In this document: piece after piece, positions 21,186-34,538 of the stretch | Layout: each line of letters starts with the position of its first letter | Numbering within the stretch: position 1 is the first letter of the stretch | NCBI RefSeq assembly: GCF_023055435.1 | Contig: NW_025964068.1 | Location: 3,782,001-3,846,000 of the forward strand | Direction of reading: 5' to 3' | Length of the DNA: 64,000 nt | DNA from: Haliotis rufescens | Lineage: Eukaryota | Notes under the pieces: generated by a model | What the model was told of the DNA's origin: nothing | Seen by the model: the letters and a program-made list of their open reading frames with translations, nothing else | Databases searched by the model: none | Made by a program: the position numbers and the translations under genes

Positions 21186-23751
21186 AATAGGGCATTTGTC
21201 TTCTGGAAGCAGAGGGGCATTATCAGGAGCAGTCTCAGTGTAATAGACATCTTTGGCGAGAATGTCTTTTTTGAATATTTTGACATGTTTCCACTGTTTG
21301 AGCTAGTGGTTATCCATTGGAGTTTTTGTTACTTTTGAGTGTAGGACAGTGGTACACCTTGCCAAAGACCCAAGTTCTATTCTTTGAGTACTTATGCTTG
21401 AAGACTGTTGTCTGCAGTTCCATCTTAGTAAGTAAAGCCTCTAATAATGAAAGATATGATCTGACATAACAGAAGTCGAATGTCTGTAAGCTGTGTGTCT
21501 AGCAGACCTACCCCGAATATGGTGACCAGACCCCCTCCTGTGTCTGCAACAAGCATAAGATCGGACATTGTGTAGCTAGTGCCTCCTAGTAGCAGTGTGT
21601 GTATGAATATGTGTTTACAGGCAGGCTGTACAATATGTGAAGCATTCTTAAGGGTGAAATCTTGCTGGCCAAGATGGTAGGACCTTAAATGGCAAATAAC
21701 ATTTTCATGATTTGTCTATAACTGGCATGTGCTTAACAAGTTATGAAGAACAGTTATGCCAGCTCTGTGCAAGTGGGTCCCCAGTACCCCCCTTGTCCTG
21801 TGATCTGACAACATGGCAAGCACTGACTGGATTGTGCTCATGCTATCAACTGCTGGTTTGTCTGGTCCAGACTTGATGACAAAGTCCAAGGTGATATAGC
21901 TGTAATACATGCCGACTTCACATGCATCAACACTGGTGGACTCTCTACCAGCTCCTACAGTAATGGCTCGCAACTTGGTCCAGTCTCAGAACCAGCTCTC
22001 TGTGTTGGTCAGTTCAAGAAAATGTTATACTGACCCTGATATGACCTTGTACTCTCCACCTACTGTGATCTGTTATTTGTGTATATTTGTGTAAATAGCC
22101 CTCGCTCCTGTACATGCTCTGTGGACTTTTGTATATGGTCAGCTGTTGTTGTGATCGAGAACCACGCTTGCCGTTCAGTCAATGTAACCATCAAGTCATT
22201 GTCAGTACTTCATGAGTTTGTGCAATCCTCCATCACCCTTGAACATGTTCCACCAATAAACCAAGCCACCGCCTGCTTCCAGCAACATGGAGATCAGCTA
22301 AGATACTAAGACCAGAGAACTCTTCAATATCAAAGCTTCACGCAAAATTCCATGAGGGCTCATTTGACTTCCTGGTGAGTTGTACACTGACCTGAAGTAG
22401 ACATGCATCACTAGGACACTGCGCATCTGTATTCAGACCTGATGGAGGACTGTGATGTTTGTAAACCTGTATTGATCATGCATCCAAGACAGAGGAAATG
22501 TTTCTTAGATATCACGCTTTTAGTCCATAATGGCACATAGCGTCTTCACCTGTCAAACATTTCAGTGATTATTTGTGCTTCGAATATTAAAGTTGTTTGA
22601 TCAGATTTTGAAAATGTGATACACGTGTTAAGTTGTATCTGAGTGAAGACAGTAAGTCATAATGTAGACTTGTAACATAGAGTTTCTTGTAGAGTAGTAG
22701 AGGTCACTCATTCATCGTAGTTTGGGCGGTTTTCATAACTTGATTTATGGATTGGTTTCTGATCTAAAATATGAAATAGATACCAAGTGAGTTACCTCCC
22801 TTGCTATGTCACGATTTTGAAGTTTATTCACTTACTAAAGTTTGTTATCAGAGTAGGAAGAAAAATGTCTGTTCTTAAATCTTTATTCCACATATGTGAA
22901 ACTGTGAGGTCAGCAGATCCACAAACCAAGCAACTAGAAAACCTGCCGTAGTTACATTGGTGCAATTTGATTTTGTTGATTTTGAAGTTTGGTGCTTAAC
23001 ATACCCTACTGTGACCAGATGCTGTAAGTATTGTCTACTATCTCATCAGTGGCTAATCACATTGTGCTCTGTATACATTTGGTGATATTCTTGAATATTG
23101 TATCAGAGTTTAGTAAATTAGACAGCACATGCTCATCAACACAATGTTCATCTTAGCTCAGAAGTGATTCTTTATTACATGTCCAAACAGAACGGAAGGT
23201 TTGTGTGAGGTTGTGGCTGTCTGCCTGTCGACTGTCAACAGTCATTTTAAACATTTTGACATCCATGAAGAATGCTGAAGGGATCAAACTGTGATTGGAA
23301 AATAATTGATCAAAGAAATGGTGTGATGAAAGTTTATATTACAAGTTTCACTTTAATCCTGATCGATGTAGCGGCCATATTGAAAATGCTATGATTTACT
23401 TTGATCACTGATGTATTGATTGATTATTCATTGGTTGAAGTTTGATTTTTATTCCTTTTATATGTGTTCAGTATTATTAGAGAGAATTCCCCCAATTACT
23501 TGTTCATAACTTCATAACTTTTTTCTAAGCCAAGGATTATGTAGCCTTAATGTGTAATGACATCAATGTAGAACTTCCCAAAATCTTGTGTGACTGGATT
23601 TAGGCTTTGCAGATTGTGTTCCCCTAGCCATACCAGGAGCCACTAAAGATGGGTTTAGTTTAATCGTGAATGTGAACCTTCCACTTGTGCGTCAGTGTCC
23701 ATGATTGTGGTTTTCACCAGCGTTGTCAGCATCTGCAAATTGCATAACATT

Positions 23752-23992
23752 TGAAAATCCGGGTTACAAATAGTCTTCAGCAACCCATGCTTGCCGTAAA
23801 AGGCATCAATCAGGATCAGGTGGTCAGACACACTGACCTGGTTGATGCATGTCATCGTATCCCAATTTGCGTAGATTGATGCTCATGATGTCAATCATGG
23901 GAATGTCTGGTCCAGACTTAATTATTTACAGACCGCCGTCATATAGCTGGAATATTGCTGAGTGCGGCATTAAACAACAAACACACAAACAA
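23752..23992 (+). mobile_element. Family B SINE
   Basis: atccgggtta..gtcttcagcaacccatgcttgccgtaaaaggc head and canonical tail; catttga flanks both sides. Confidence 0.88.
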
Positions 23993-24593
23993 AAGCCTAT
24001 CATTTGACTTTCTTTCCTCACTAAGCTGAGATGTAATACAACTTTTGAAGCACTGTAAAGCCAAACACACTCTCTCCCTCACTTCATAGGACATTTCTTC
24101 CTAATATGGTCCATAAAGCCATGATAAGTTACGTAGTTGATTGTAAATTATTACTTGATGGCCAGGACTGACAACTACATGATTTCATCATTTGCAGGTT
24201 GATTTAGACTACTTTTGTAAAGGGAGACTTCCCTAGGCTGATTATTGTCCTTTGAGTAAAGGCTTTTCTGCAGCTAGTTTAACCCTATTTGTTATGATAA
24301 GATGAATCTGAAGTCAACAAGTTATGATGTAATGTCTTGTTTCAAAGGTAGCTTTATGTGTTACGACTGACGCATGTTTTTCACAGTTTCTGATTAGAGT
24401 GGTTAGTTTCTTCATCATTTATTTCTTTTTAATATTTTACAAATATTTGTTAACAGGAAAAATGAAACATGAAAACATATGGTCAGGGTTGATTTGGGGT
24501 AAATTTCCTGAATAAAATAATGAAACAGTGAAATTATTAAAGAAGCTTATTTTGCAGTGAAACAGTATTTCTAAATGTATCTGGTGGTACATT

Positions 24594-24885
24594 GGTCATT
24601 TTTACAGGGGTAGGGGTTCCAGAGGTGTTTGATGCACTACTGTACTGAGAATAACGACCCTCGCCTAATGCTTGTCATTTGTTCTATTGTTGGAAGCCCT
24701 TCCCATGTCATTGTACATTTTATTTCATGACCTTCCCTGAATAGACAAAATGCAAAGTACTTAAATTACAATATGTTTTATTCATGCAATGTTCATTTTT
24801 TGATGACCCTCCACAAATATGTGTACTATTTTTTGTGACCCTCCCCAGATTCCCTCTGACCCACCAACCCCAGTAGTAAATGGCC
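24594..24885. mobile_element. Degenerate MITE
   Basis: Imperfect ~33-bp inverted termini ggtcatttttacaggggtaggggttccagagg / cctctgacccaccaaccccagtagtaaatggcc. Confidence 0.5.
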
Positions 24886-25392
24886 CTCAGTAGAGAAAAG
24901 AACACTTTTTTATCTGGCTCAAACATATTGACCCATCTATTTTCCATTTGTAATGACTGTAACTGGTAGTGTGTTAAACAGAATAAGTATCAGCAATGTG
25001 TTTACAGGTGCACAAACCATCACCTATTCTTCAAGGTACAGGCATTTTTATGTCGAATCTTCTTTCCAGAACTTTATGGTTTATGCGTGGCAGGGCTGTA
25101 GGGTGGTGAAGTTAAAAAGAATGTTATGAACAATAATGTGTTTTACATCTATGTATATTTTGGGTTTGTAAGTGTTTTCAGTTCTGTTTTTACCAACTAC
25201 CCAATCAGGTTGTAAATGTCTGAAGTGGGTCGGCAGTGAATGGGGGATGTATGAGTAGCTTCAGTATTATTTATTTCTGTACATACTAGATAGACTTCAA
25301 CCTTCTCATTGATGTATACAAGAATATGCTCCTTTTGTACAATACTTTGGACAGAATTTGATATATGTATGGGAACTACGTAACTATGCTTA

Positions 25393-26492
25393 TACACCTG
25401 GCATGTAGATGTCTTCACACCTGGCCTGTGGATGTCTTCACACCTGGCCTGTGGATGTCTTCACACCTGGCCTGTGGATGTCTTCACACCTAGCCTGTGG
25501 ATGTCTTCACACCTGGCCTGTGGATGTCTTCACACCTAGCCTGTGGATGTCTTCACACCTGGCCTGTGGATGTCTTCACTCCTGGCCTGTGGATGTCTTC
25601 ACACCTAGCCTGTGGATGTCTTCACACCTGGCATGTGGATGTCTTCACACCCGGCAAGCAGATGTCTTCACACCTAGCCTGTGGATGTCTTCACACCTTG
25701 CCTGTGGATGACTTCACACCTGGCCTGTGGATGTCTTCACACCTGGCCTGTGCATGTCTTCACACCTGGCCTGTGGATGTCTTCACACCTGGCAAGCAGA
25801 TGTCTTCACACCTAGCCTGTGGATGTCTTCACACCTTGCCTGTGGATGTCTTCACACCTGGCCTGTGGATGTCTTCACACCTGGCCTGTGGATGTCTTCA
25901 CACCTGGCCTGTGGATGTCTTCACACCTGGCCTGTGCATGTCTTCACACCTGGCCTGTGGATGTCTTCACACCTGGCCTGTGGATGTCTTCACACCTGGC
26001 CTGTGCATGTCTTCACACCTGGCCTGTGGATGTCTTCACACCTGGCAAGCAGATGTCTTCACACCTAGCCTGTGGATGTCTTCACACCTGGCAAGCAGAT
26101 GTCTTCACACCTAGCCTGTGGATGTCTTCACACCTTGCCTGTGGATGTCTTCACACCTGGCCTGTGGATGTCTTCACACCTGGCCTGTGGATGTCTTCAC
26201 ACCTGGCATGTGGATGTCTTCACACCCGGCAAGCAGATGTCTTCACACCTGGCAAGCAGATGTCTTCGAACCTGGCAAGCAAATGTCTTCACTCCTGGCC
26301 TGTGGATGTCTTCACACCTGGCCTGTGCATGTCTTCACACCTGGCCTGTGGATGTCTTCACACCTGGCCTGTGGATGTCTTCACACCTGGCCTGTGGATG
26401 TCTTCACACCTAGCCTGTGCATGTCTTCACACCTGGCCTGTGGATGTCTTCACACCTGGCATGCGGATGTCTTCACACCTGGCATGCGGATG
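25393..26492 (+). repeat. 23-bp minisatellite
   Basis: Unit gtcttcacacctggcctgtggat, about 47 copies. Confidence 0.96.
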
Positions 26493-26942
26493 GTGTATTG
26501 TATTGTTGATGCATATTGCTTTTGATAAGTTAGTGTTCCATCATTCGTTTATTGTTTCAAGTAACTATTTGTTATCCTCAACAATGTAACCCTTTAAGTC
26601 TGCTTTCTGTCGTGTTCAGTTCCAGGATGTGGCACTCTACTGAAGCACTACATGGTGTAGAAAGCTTCAATGACACACAAGCATTCATTCCATTAACTGT
26701 AACTATGGTAACATGCATTCTAAATCCAAAACACTTTTTTTTCTTCAAATTGTTTTTGTTTAAAGAAACAGAACCAAGATTTTATTTGACCTACCTGTCA
26801 GGTGAACAGATTTGAATGTGTTTATTGCTGCAGTTTGCATACTACACCTACAATGAGGAACTGCCCAGGGCCCGTCAGGAATCAGGGGACTTCTGCCAAG
26901 GTTAGGACAAGGACTGGTTCAATTTCATTCTTCATTCAGATT

Positions 26943-27096
26943 GGGCGGTGGGGTAGCCTTCGCTCGTCATGCTGAAAACCTGGGTTCGATTCCCTGCATG
27001 GTTACAATGTATGAAACCCATTTCTGATGTCCATAGCCGTGATATTGCTGGAATATTGCTTAAACCATGTTAAACCACACCGACTCACTCACTCAC
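26943..27096 (+). mobile_element. Family A tRNA-SINE, degenerate
   Basis: gggcggtggggtagcc..ggttcgattccc..gatattgctggaatattgct..(CACT)n. Confidence 0.85.
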
Positions 27097-29364
27097 TTCA
27101 AACAGATGAGTTTTACCAACATCTAAGATCTGTACAACATTGACCTTTTCCTATACTGATATGCTATGACTTATCCTCACTCCACACTTCACTATATCTG
27201 TCTAGAACTGATAAAACAGACAAATGCTTTCTTACTTTGCAAAGAGTTCTGATATTTAACCACAAAGCTGCATTCCCAATACGGAAGAGAGTATGTTGTT
27301 TTTGTTTAGCACTGCAGGAAGAGCTGAACTCCTGTACAGTTTCACATGTTCCCTATACATCGGCTTACTTCCTCATCACTCATGGTTCTAAAAGGTATTG
27401 GATCAATGGCTATGGTTGAATACTATTAGGTGGTTGAAAGGGTTGTACTTGATGGTCTTTACAGGACATAAACACTTTTCGCTTGTCAGTTGAGGGGACC
27501 TGGTGTATCAGAATGTTCGCATCAAGTTCAAAATGAGGATTGTGAGTAATATTTCATTTTGATGTATTTGTTAGAAGAGGATATGTGTCACCAAATTGTA
27601 TAAGGCGATGCAATTTGCTATGCAGAGTTGCATCCCTTTGCTACGTCAGAAACCTATGATCATGGTTTCAAATTCCAGACTGGACTGGAGCTTTTCTAGG
27701 TTTCTGTCAGTCCTATACCTGTGATCTCAGCTCAGTGCATCACGTTCCTCCCACATGAAGCTGACATGCCATGATAAAACTGAAATCCTGTTCAGGTCAA
27801 ACTTGCTCACTCACTCTTAGTAAACTATTGATTTGAAGTGAGGTCTGAGTGTTAAGTGGTGGTGGTAACCTACCTGGATGTATTCGCTGCACTGTGGTCT
27901 TGGCATGAGTTGGCTGATGGATCTGTCTGTCATTGGTTGGATTCCATCATGATCCTTGGTTTGCCAGCACCACACCCATGACCAAGTGGTAAACTTCTCT
28001 GACCTGTGTCTGTTTGGACCATATGCCCACATTAATCTGACAGCGATATAACTATTCACTTTGTGTCAAACCAGTCTTGCTCACATAGGGTGCAATTTGA
28101 ATGCAGCAATAAAACAAGAAAAATTTGCTTTTGCCAAACTATTTTATCACTCCTATCAACATTACTGACTTAATTGCAAGAATAAGCATCTCTGCTTTGA
28201 CTTAAATATGATGTGATCATTACTATCTAATGTCTGTCTACAACACTAGCCCTCTGGAAGGCTCACACCCCGTTTCAGCTGCTGCTCCAGTTGACCTATT
28301 GTACAACGTAGGGTTATGTTTAACATGTGCCTCAACTTCTGGGAAGAGTTAGGGGTAATCGTGTAAGAACATGTGATCTCCAAAGAGAAGAAGTGCAAAG
28401 CAGATCTGACCTAGTTGCTGTGTCTGGTACACTTGCCCCACTGAGGAGAGAAATGGACATGGTGATGTCACTGATGCCACTGGGTCCAGGGCATTTATCA
28501 CAGCAGAATGGAGATATGATACACTCCAAAATCAAAGATTTTCTCAAAGTGATGTCAAACCTTACTGACTGAACAAAGTGACATGTTGAACATAGCCCTG
28601 GTAGCCATGCTGTGGGGTGTGATCATGGCCCCTTGCTAGTAGTGATGTTATCATCGATGTTAGATATACATGTACTGCATTTATTTATAATTTATTTCTT
28701 CATGGACAATTGTTGTTTTAGCCACCTTGCTTTCTGAAGTCTTTCAATTCAACATGCAATGTTGATTTTATGAACTTGTTGACAATAACATATTGCAGTG
28801 ACCGTGTTTGCCACACATAGTTCACTTTTACTAGTTGTCCCTATCATCCCTGTGTTGAGGAAATAGCAAGATTGTCATGTACAGGTACAAATGTAGTCTC
28901 TCAATTCTGTGGACAAATAGCAGTTGTAGAGAAAGTAGTGATTTGAGTAGCTCTCTGTTCTGCTACGTGTTCTTGACACTGTTAGTGTGACCATCAACCT
29001 GTGTTTGAATATCACACCATGGTCTGTGAATAAAACTATTACAATCTCTATGTGTTTGCCAGCTTCTTTGTTAGAGACCAGTCAATGATTAGAAACAGAT
29101 GAAATTGAGTTTGGTGACCTACACACTGTAACCTGTTATTGGTCAGTAACTTTGTATGTACAAATTATCTTCTGCAAGCTTTATGAGACCCCAGTATCTG
29201 TCTGAAGAGAAATATTCACCAACTTCTAACTTTGGAAACCGTTTAGGTATATGTTTTTGAAATAATCTTCCAAAAAATATAATCAGCACAGACTTGTTTA
29301 AAAAAATATGAGAAATGTTGGTTTAAATTTATTCGCAGTTTTACATCTTAAACCATCTTCACCA

Positions 29365-29865
29365 ACATCAACACCTTCTGGTGGCTGAAAACATCAACAC
29401 CTGTTGGGTGATAATGTCAACACCTCCCATGTGATAACATCAACACCTAATGCTCGGTGATAACATCGACACCTACTGGATGATATTATAAACACATGTT
29501 GGGTAAAAATGCCAACTGCTGTCAGGTGATAACATCAACACCTACTGGTGGCTGAAAACATCAACAACTGTTGGGTTATAATGTCAACACCTCCCATGTG
29601 ATAACATCAACACCTAATGCTTGGTGATAACATCGACACCTGCTGGGTGATATTATAAACACATGTTGGGTAAAAATGCCAACTGCTGTCAGATGATAAC
29701 ACCAACACCAATTTTCATATGATAACACTGACACCTGCAGATAACCTTTAACGTCAACTGTCATATGATCACATCGACACCTTCAGATAACATTGACACA
29801 GTCATATGACATCAACACCTGCAGATAACAACAACACTAAATGTCATTGCAGGACATCAACACAA
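29365..29865 (+). repeat. Degenerate 23-26-bp repeat with a 167-bp higher-order duplication
   Basis: gataacatcaacacct monomers; the block at 29378 recurs at 29545. Confidence 0.85.
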
Positions 29866-29999
29866 ATACTTTTGAATTTCTCTCATGACCTCTCATGTGG
29901 GGAATGGAAAATGGGTCTTAGCCTTAAGAAGCGAACACTTTAACCACTTAGCTACTCCACACTGTCATAGGGCATAGAAGTACCAATGCAGCTAACAGA

Positions 30000-30356
30000 T
30001 GGTAGATCATGGGTGGCCCAGTTATCTGAGGCGCTGCAATTCACTGTGCAGAGTTGCATCCCTTGGTCATGCCAGAAACCTTTGGTCCTGGGTTCGAATC
30101 CCGATTTGCCCCGATTATGTTTCTAGGTTTGTCAGTACAATACTGGTTCTCGTGGGTTTCACCAAAGTGGTAAATCATGGGTGGTAGATCATGGGTGGCC
30201 CAGTTATCTGAGGCGCTGCAATTCACTGTGCAGAGTTGCATCCCTTGGTCATGCCAGAAACCTTTGGTCCTGGGTTCGAATCCCGATTTGCCCCGATTAT
30301 GTTTCTAGGTTTGTCAGTACAATACTGGTTCTCGTGGGTTTCACCAAAGTGGTAAA
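30000..30356 (+). repeat. 182-bp perfect tandem duplication within a tRNA-like SINE relic
   Basis: Identical units at 30000 and 30182; contains B-box GGTTCGAATCC; related relic near 27620-27815. Confidence 0.9.
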
Positions 30357-31243
30357 CGTATGAGACCTGCGTCACTATGGGCTTTTCTTCCACATTAAGC
30401 TGACAGGTCGTTATATAACTGGAATACTGTTCAAAGCAGGCGTTAAACCCAATTCACTTTCTGACTGATGGTGTAACTATGCTGTTCAAGGCTACTCTCA
30501 TCATCTGACTCCCAGACTTGTCAGGGTTGGGGTTGTTTATCTCCCACCATCGCGCTCGCGCTCATGGGTTTCACCAATCAGATCAACCAGGTTCGTTGCC
30601 CTGGGCTTTGCTCACGTGGGTCAGAACGAAAACAACAAAAATGCAAAGGCTTTAACCCAAACTCACTCACTCACTCACTCGCCAATCAGTTTAGCGCACA
30701 GGCACTGGGTGAACATTGTGACTAGCACTAGCACCATGCATGGGACTTTATCTTTCTCACAATGCGCGTGGTTATGAAATGAATTAATCATCATCAACAT
30801 TTACAGCAGTGTGTATGAAAGGGACTGGTCATGTATCATTAGGAGAGGAGAAAAATTAAAGTGTGTGCGTGCGTACGTGCATGCATGCGTGTCGTCCACT
30901 CAAAGATTCCTGCTTTTCACATGGTGTGCCATCGCGTGAGATCTGATGGGTAGGGATTCGGGAATTAAGGCCGTAAGTGCAACAGACGCAACGACAATTC
31001 AGCTCTCCTATTGTCAATACGTGAAGCGTTCAGTACACCTCACATGTCTTTATTAGTCCCATAGATGTGCGCTGATGTAACCCCTTGAGGGAGACTCGAG
31101 ACACGTGCACATGAATTAGGTACTGTGTTGAAACTTGTAATTGTTTTCTGGCACCATCGAATATCCAGGGTCTCCTTTCTATTGTGACATATATTCTATA
31201 GCCATTCGCTACGATTGCTTCTTTTTGAGCACACGATTCGAAT

Positions 31244-31663
31244 GACCCGCGAAGATCCGGGTTAGAACAGATCTTCAGCAACCCATGCTTGTCGTAAAAG
31301 GCGACTATGCTTGTCGTAGCGGGATAGGGTGGTCGGGTTCGCTGACCTGGTTGATGCATGTCATCGTTCCCAATTGCGTGGATCGATGCTCATGATATTA
31401 ATCACTGGATTGTCTGGTCCAGACTCGATTATTTACAGACCGCCGTCATATAGCTGGAATATTGCTGAGTGCGGCGTTAAACAACAAACCAACCAACAAC
31501 CAAGCACAACCTGAGATGTGCCACTCCGTGTAGAGCATGCTCAAAACAGACCAAGCTGATGTCATGATGTCAATCACTGGATTGTCTGGTCCAGACTCGA
31601 TTAGTTACATACCGCCGTCATATAGCTGGAATACTGCTCAGTGTGGCGTTAAACAACAAACAA
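31244..31663 (+). mobile_element. Family B SINE with duplicated 3' half and captured DIRS sequence
   Basis: Head gacccgcgaagatccgggttag; two tails separated by 64 bp matching the reverse complement of 17058-17121. Confidence 0.9.
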
Positions 31664-31727
31664 AGTGTCACACCCATCTCACTCACTCACACACTCAATG
31701 CAAGTGCACCCCGCTGGTCTTTATTCC

Positions 31728-31895
31728 GGTGGTGTAGTCTAGTGGTTAAAGCGTTTGCTCATCACGCCGAAGACCAGGGTTAGATTCCCCACATGGGTAC
31801 CATGTGTGAAGCCGATTTGTGGTGCCCCCCCCCCCCCGTGATATTGCTGGCATATTTCTAAAAGCGGCATAAAACCATACTCACTCACTCACTCA
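31728..31895 (+). mobile_element. Family A tRNA-SINE
   Basis: TSD ttattcc at 31721-31727 and 31896-31902; (TCAC)n tail. Confidence 0.88.
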
Positions 31896-32859
31896 TTATT
31901 CCACTAGTTCCGCGCCAGTAAAATGTTCATATCTCAACCATCATAGTTGGCCTGTTCGCATACACCCAAAATATCTCATTCTGAACGAATATACATATAG
32001 TGTTGAGATGTGTTTGCGTGCAATGTTTCCAACGCGTGTTTGGTAGACAAGGCTGGGAACACATGATAGCATATCGTTTTACTGTGTCTAAAACTAAGTG
32101 ATCCCTTATTTATTTCCATCAGTATATTTCTTATATACATATATATTTATACACTTGTATACTGACTTCAGATGTCATTAAATTACCAGCAAATCTGCAG
32201 ACATACGAAGGTATATTTAATTGATTTAAATGACAAATATGCACGCATGTGTAGTTAGTTATATGTGCGTGCATGCGTAATATGAAAGTTAATGGGTTAC
32301 GGAGTTAGTTAATGTTGTTTTATGCCACGGTCAGTAATATACCAGCTATAAGACGGCGACCAACTGAGCCACACGAACTTGTAGGGACCAGTTCCACGAG
32401 GTGGTGACCTGTCCCACTCAACCCAGGGGAAGCAGCACGGGTCGGGTAGACGGGCCTGTTTGTCACTGTGACACGCCATTCAACTCAACATATTGCCAGA
32501 ACGCAGGAAACACGAGTCCGGCTGACAATCTGGGCGTGACTGTTCGAGATGTTGAAATTCATTCCTATTCATTCCTATTCATTCTATACAAGACATACAT
32601 ACCACTGCGTTGTTCAATACAGACGCCAGTCCTGACTGTAGCCGGAACACCAACCACTGCACAACACCCCCGTTCATTCTGTTTTACTATAGGCATTGTT
32701 AATTGTTCACTCACTTTGTTCAGTTATTGATCATCTTGTTCCTTCTTCCTGTTTAGTCACAGACAAGCTGTTTTTCATTTATTTATTTAGTTATCAATCA
32801 TGCAATCAGTTAACATATTTACCTTCTACGGAACGATTCATGTATCTACCCGCAGTATT

Positions 32860-33080
32860 TTTTGTGTGTTTGTTTGTTGTTTAACGCCACACTGAGCAAT
32901 AATCCAGCTGCGTGTATATGACGGCGGTCTGTAACTAATCGAGTCTGGGCCAGACAATAAAGTGATTGACATCATGAGCATCGATCTACGCAAATAGGAT
33001 ACGATGACATGCATCAACCAAGTCAGCGAGTCCGATCACCCGATCCCATTAGTCGCCTCTTATGACACGGATAGTCGCCC
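32860..33080 (-). mobile_element. Family B SINE, 5'-truncated
   Basis: gtttgttgtttaacgccac...cccgatcccattagtcgcctcttatgac. Confidence 0.85.
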
Positions 33081-33879
33081 GTAGTCTATGAAAACGGGTT
33101 TTTTTTAAATAATTTTATTTATTCAAAAGAACCTTTCCTCTTCTCAAGGAAACTAGAATTGCTTTAGTTTGATCTCAACTTGTCTAGGCTTTTAGTATGG
33201 CGCAGGACTAGGTCGACCGCAGCATGTACCAATGCGAACATTTATTCATTCACTCCATGCATCCTGGTTTGTTATAATCTGGAGACTACATGCATATTGC
33301 CGAGAGGTTCATTTCTTATATATACAAATATGTATAATTGTTTCATTTTTTCCAATGCTCTTGTCCCATTGGAGTACATCTTCACATTAACACAATTAGT
33401 ATAATCTAATTTGTTATGCATAAATCGTCTTATTTTCCATTGCTACCACGACCGACAAAAACGAAGTATTTGCCTAGCTGGACGTTCAATCAAATACGGG
33501 TTACCTTAGGCTAAAACAGGAAATGTGTCTCATACATCGACGCGGCACTTTATCAACACATTTTTATTACCGATAAAAAACTTATAGATATATTTAAGAG
33601 TTCCCGCGTCATAAAAAGCATTCTCTGTTATCCATAAAATAAAATGCCTGACAATACAAATGTATTGGAGGTTATTCAATGTGTGCCCAAATGTGTTGGT
33701 TGGTATTCTTAGTGGAGAAATATAAAACTGTTCCTTCCACACTTTTGTTTTCAAAACTTTAAAAAAAATAAAAATAGGTCATACCCTCTTTCTCACTATT
33801 AAGAAAATGTGCCCGAGAAACAGTTATTTTTATGCAGCCCAGAGACCGTCGGTATAAGGTCTCTGTGTAGCCTTATAAA

Positions 33880-34538
33880 CATATACCGACATGAGAAATA
33901 TGCGCTTAAGTAAGTAGCGAGCATGCGCTCTACCGCCCGACACTCGGCGTAGCGCCAGTCACGATGCCCGCGGCCGAAGCGAGAACATTTACCTTTGAGG
34001 CGGAAGATGGGGGTCTCACATTTGACCTATTTCACATTTCAGAGTTGACGCGAAAACAACCCTTCCGTCATGGCGATGATAAGTCCCAATGATGAAACGT
34101 GTATTTTGTGGAGACAGAAGTTAGCCATGGACGGTGGATGTCGGCGTGTTAATATTCTATGAGGGTTTCTGTTTTGCGCAATTCACGACAACACACCTGA
34201 ATTAAAGTTTACAAGCCTTCTTCATTACGAGAACCAAGAAGCTAGGAATAGTCTTATGTGAAAATATATGTCGACAAAAACATACATGTAAACGCGATTG
34301 CCTCTATTTTCTTACGTTGTTGACATTCATCTATTTATAACGTGATAGCGGAAGGCGCGTCACAACAGAGCGCGGCAAGCGAGTACAACTTTTATGAGTA
34401 GTTGTTTCTTTAGTAGCATCTGTGTGTGCCGAGTGAGTGTAGACGTGATTAGATGATCTTCGCCGTAAAAACACGACAATCAGAAGCAGTTGTGTCCCTG
34501 CCGGTGACCACGCCAGCCATGGAGGGGATGAGGTAGAG
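33880..34538 (+). promoter_or_regulatory. CpG-rich putative promoter / 5' leader of the SH2B gene
   Basis: Local CpG enrichment against a CpG-poor background; NRF1-like gagcatgcgc, ETS-like cggaag twice, YY1-like aagatgg; TSS not determinable. Confidence 0.55.

Noticed and set aside
25409-26589. Long repetitive Cys/His-rich ORFs (MSSHLACGCLHTWPVDVFTPG...)
   Set aside because: They are translations of a stop-poor 23-bp minisatellite, open in all three frames, with no splice or codon evidence.
28327-28572. 81-aa protein-like ORF downstream of RABEP
   Set aside because: GTG start right after an in-frame stop, no convincing acceptor or recognisable motif.
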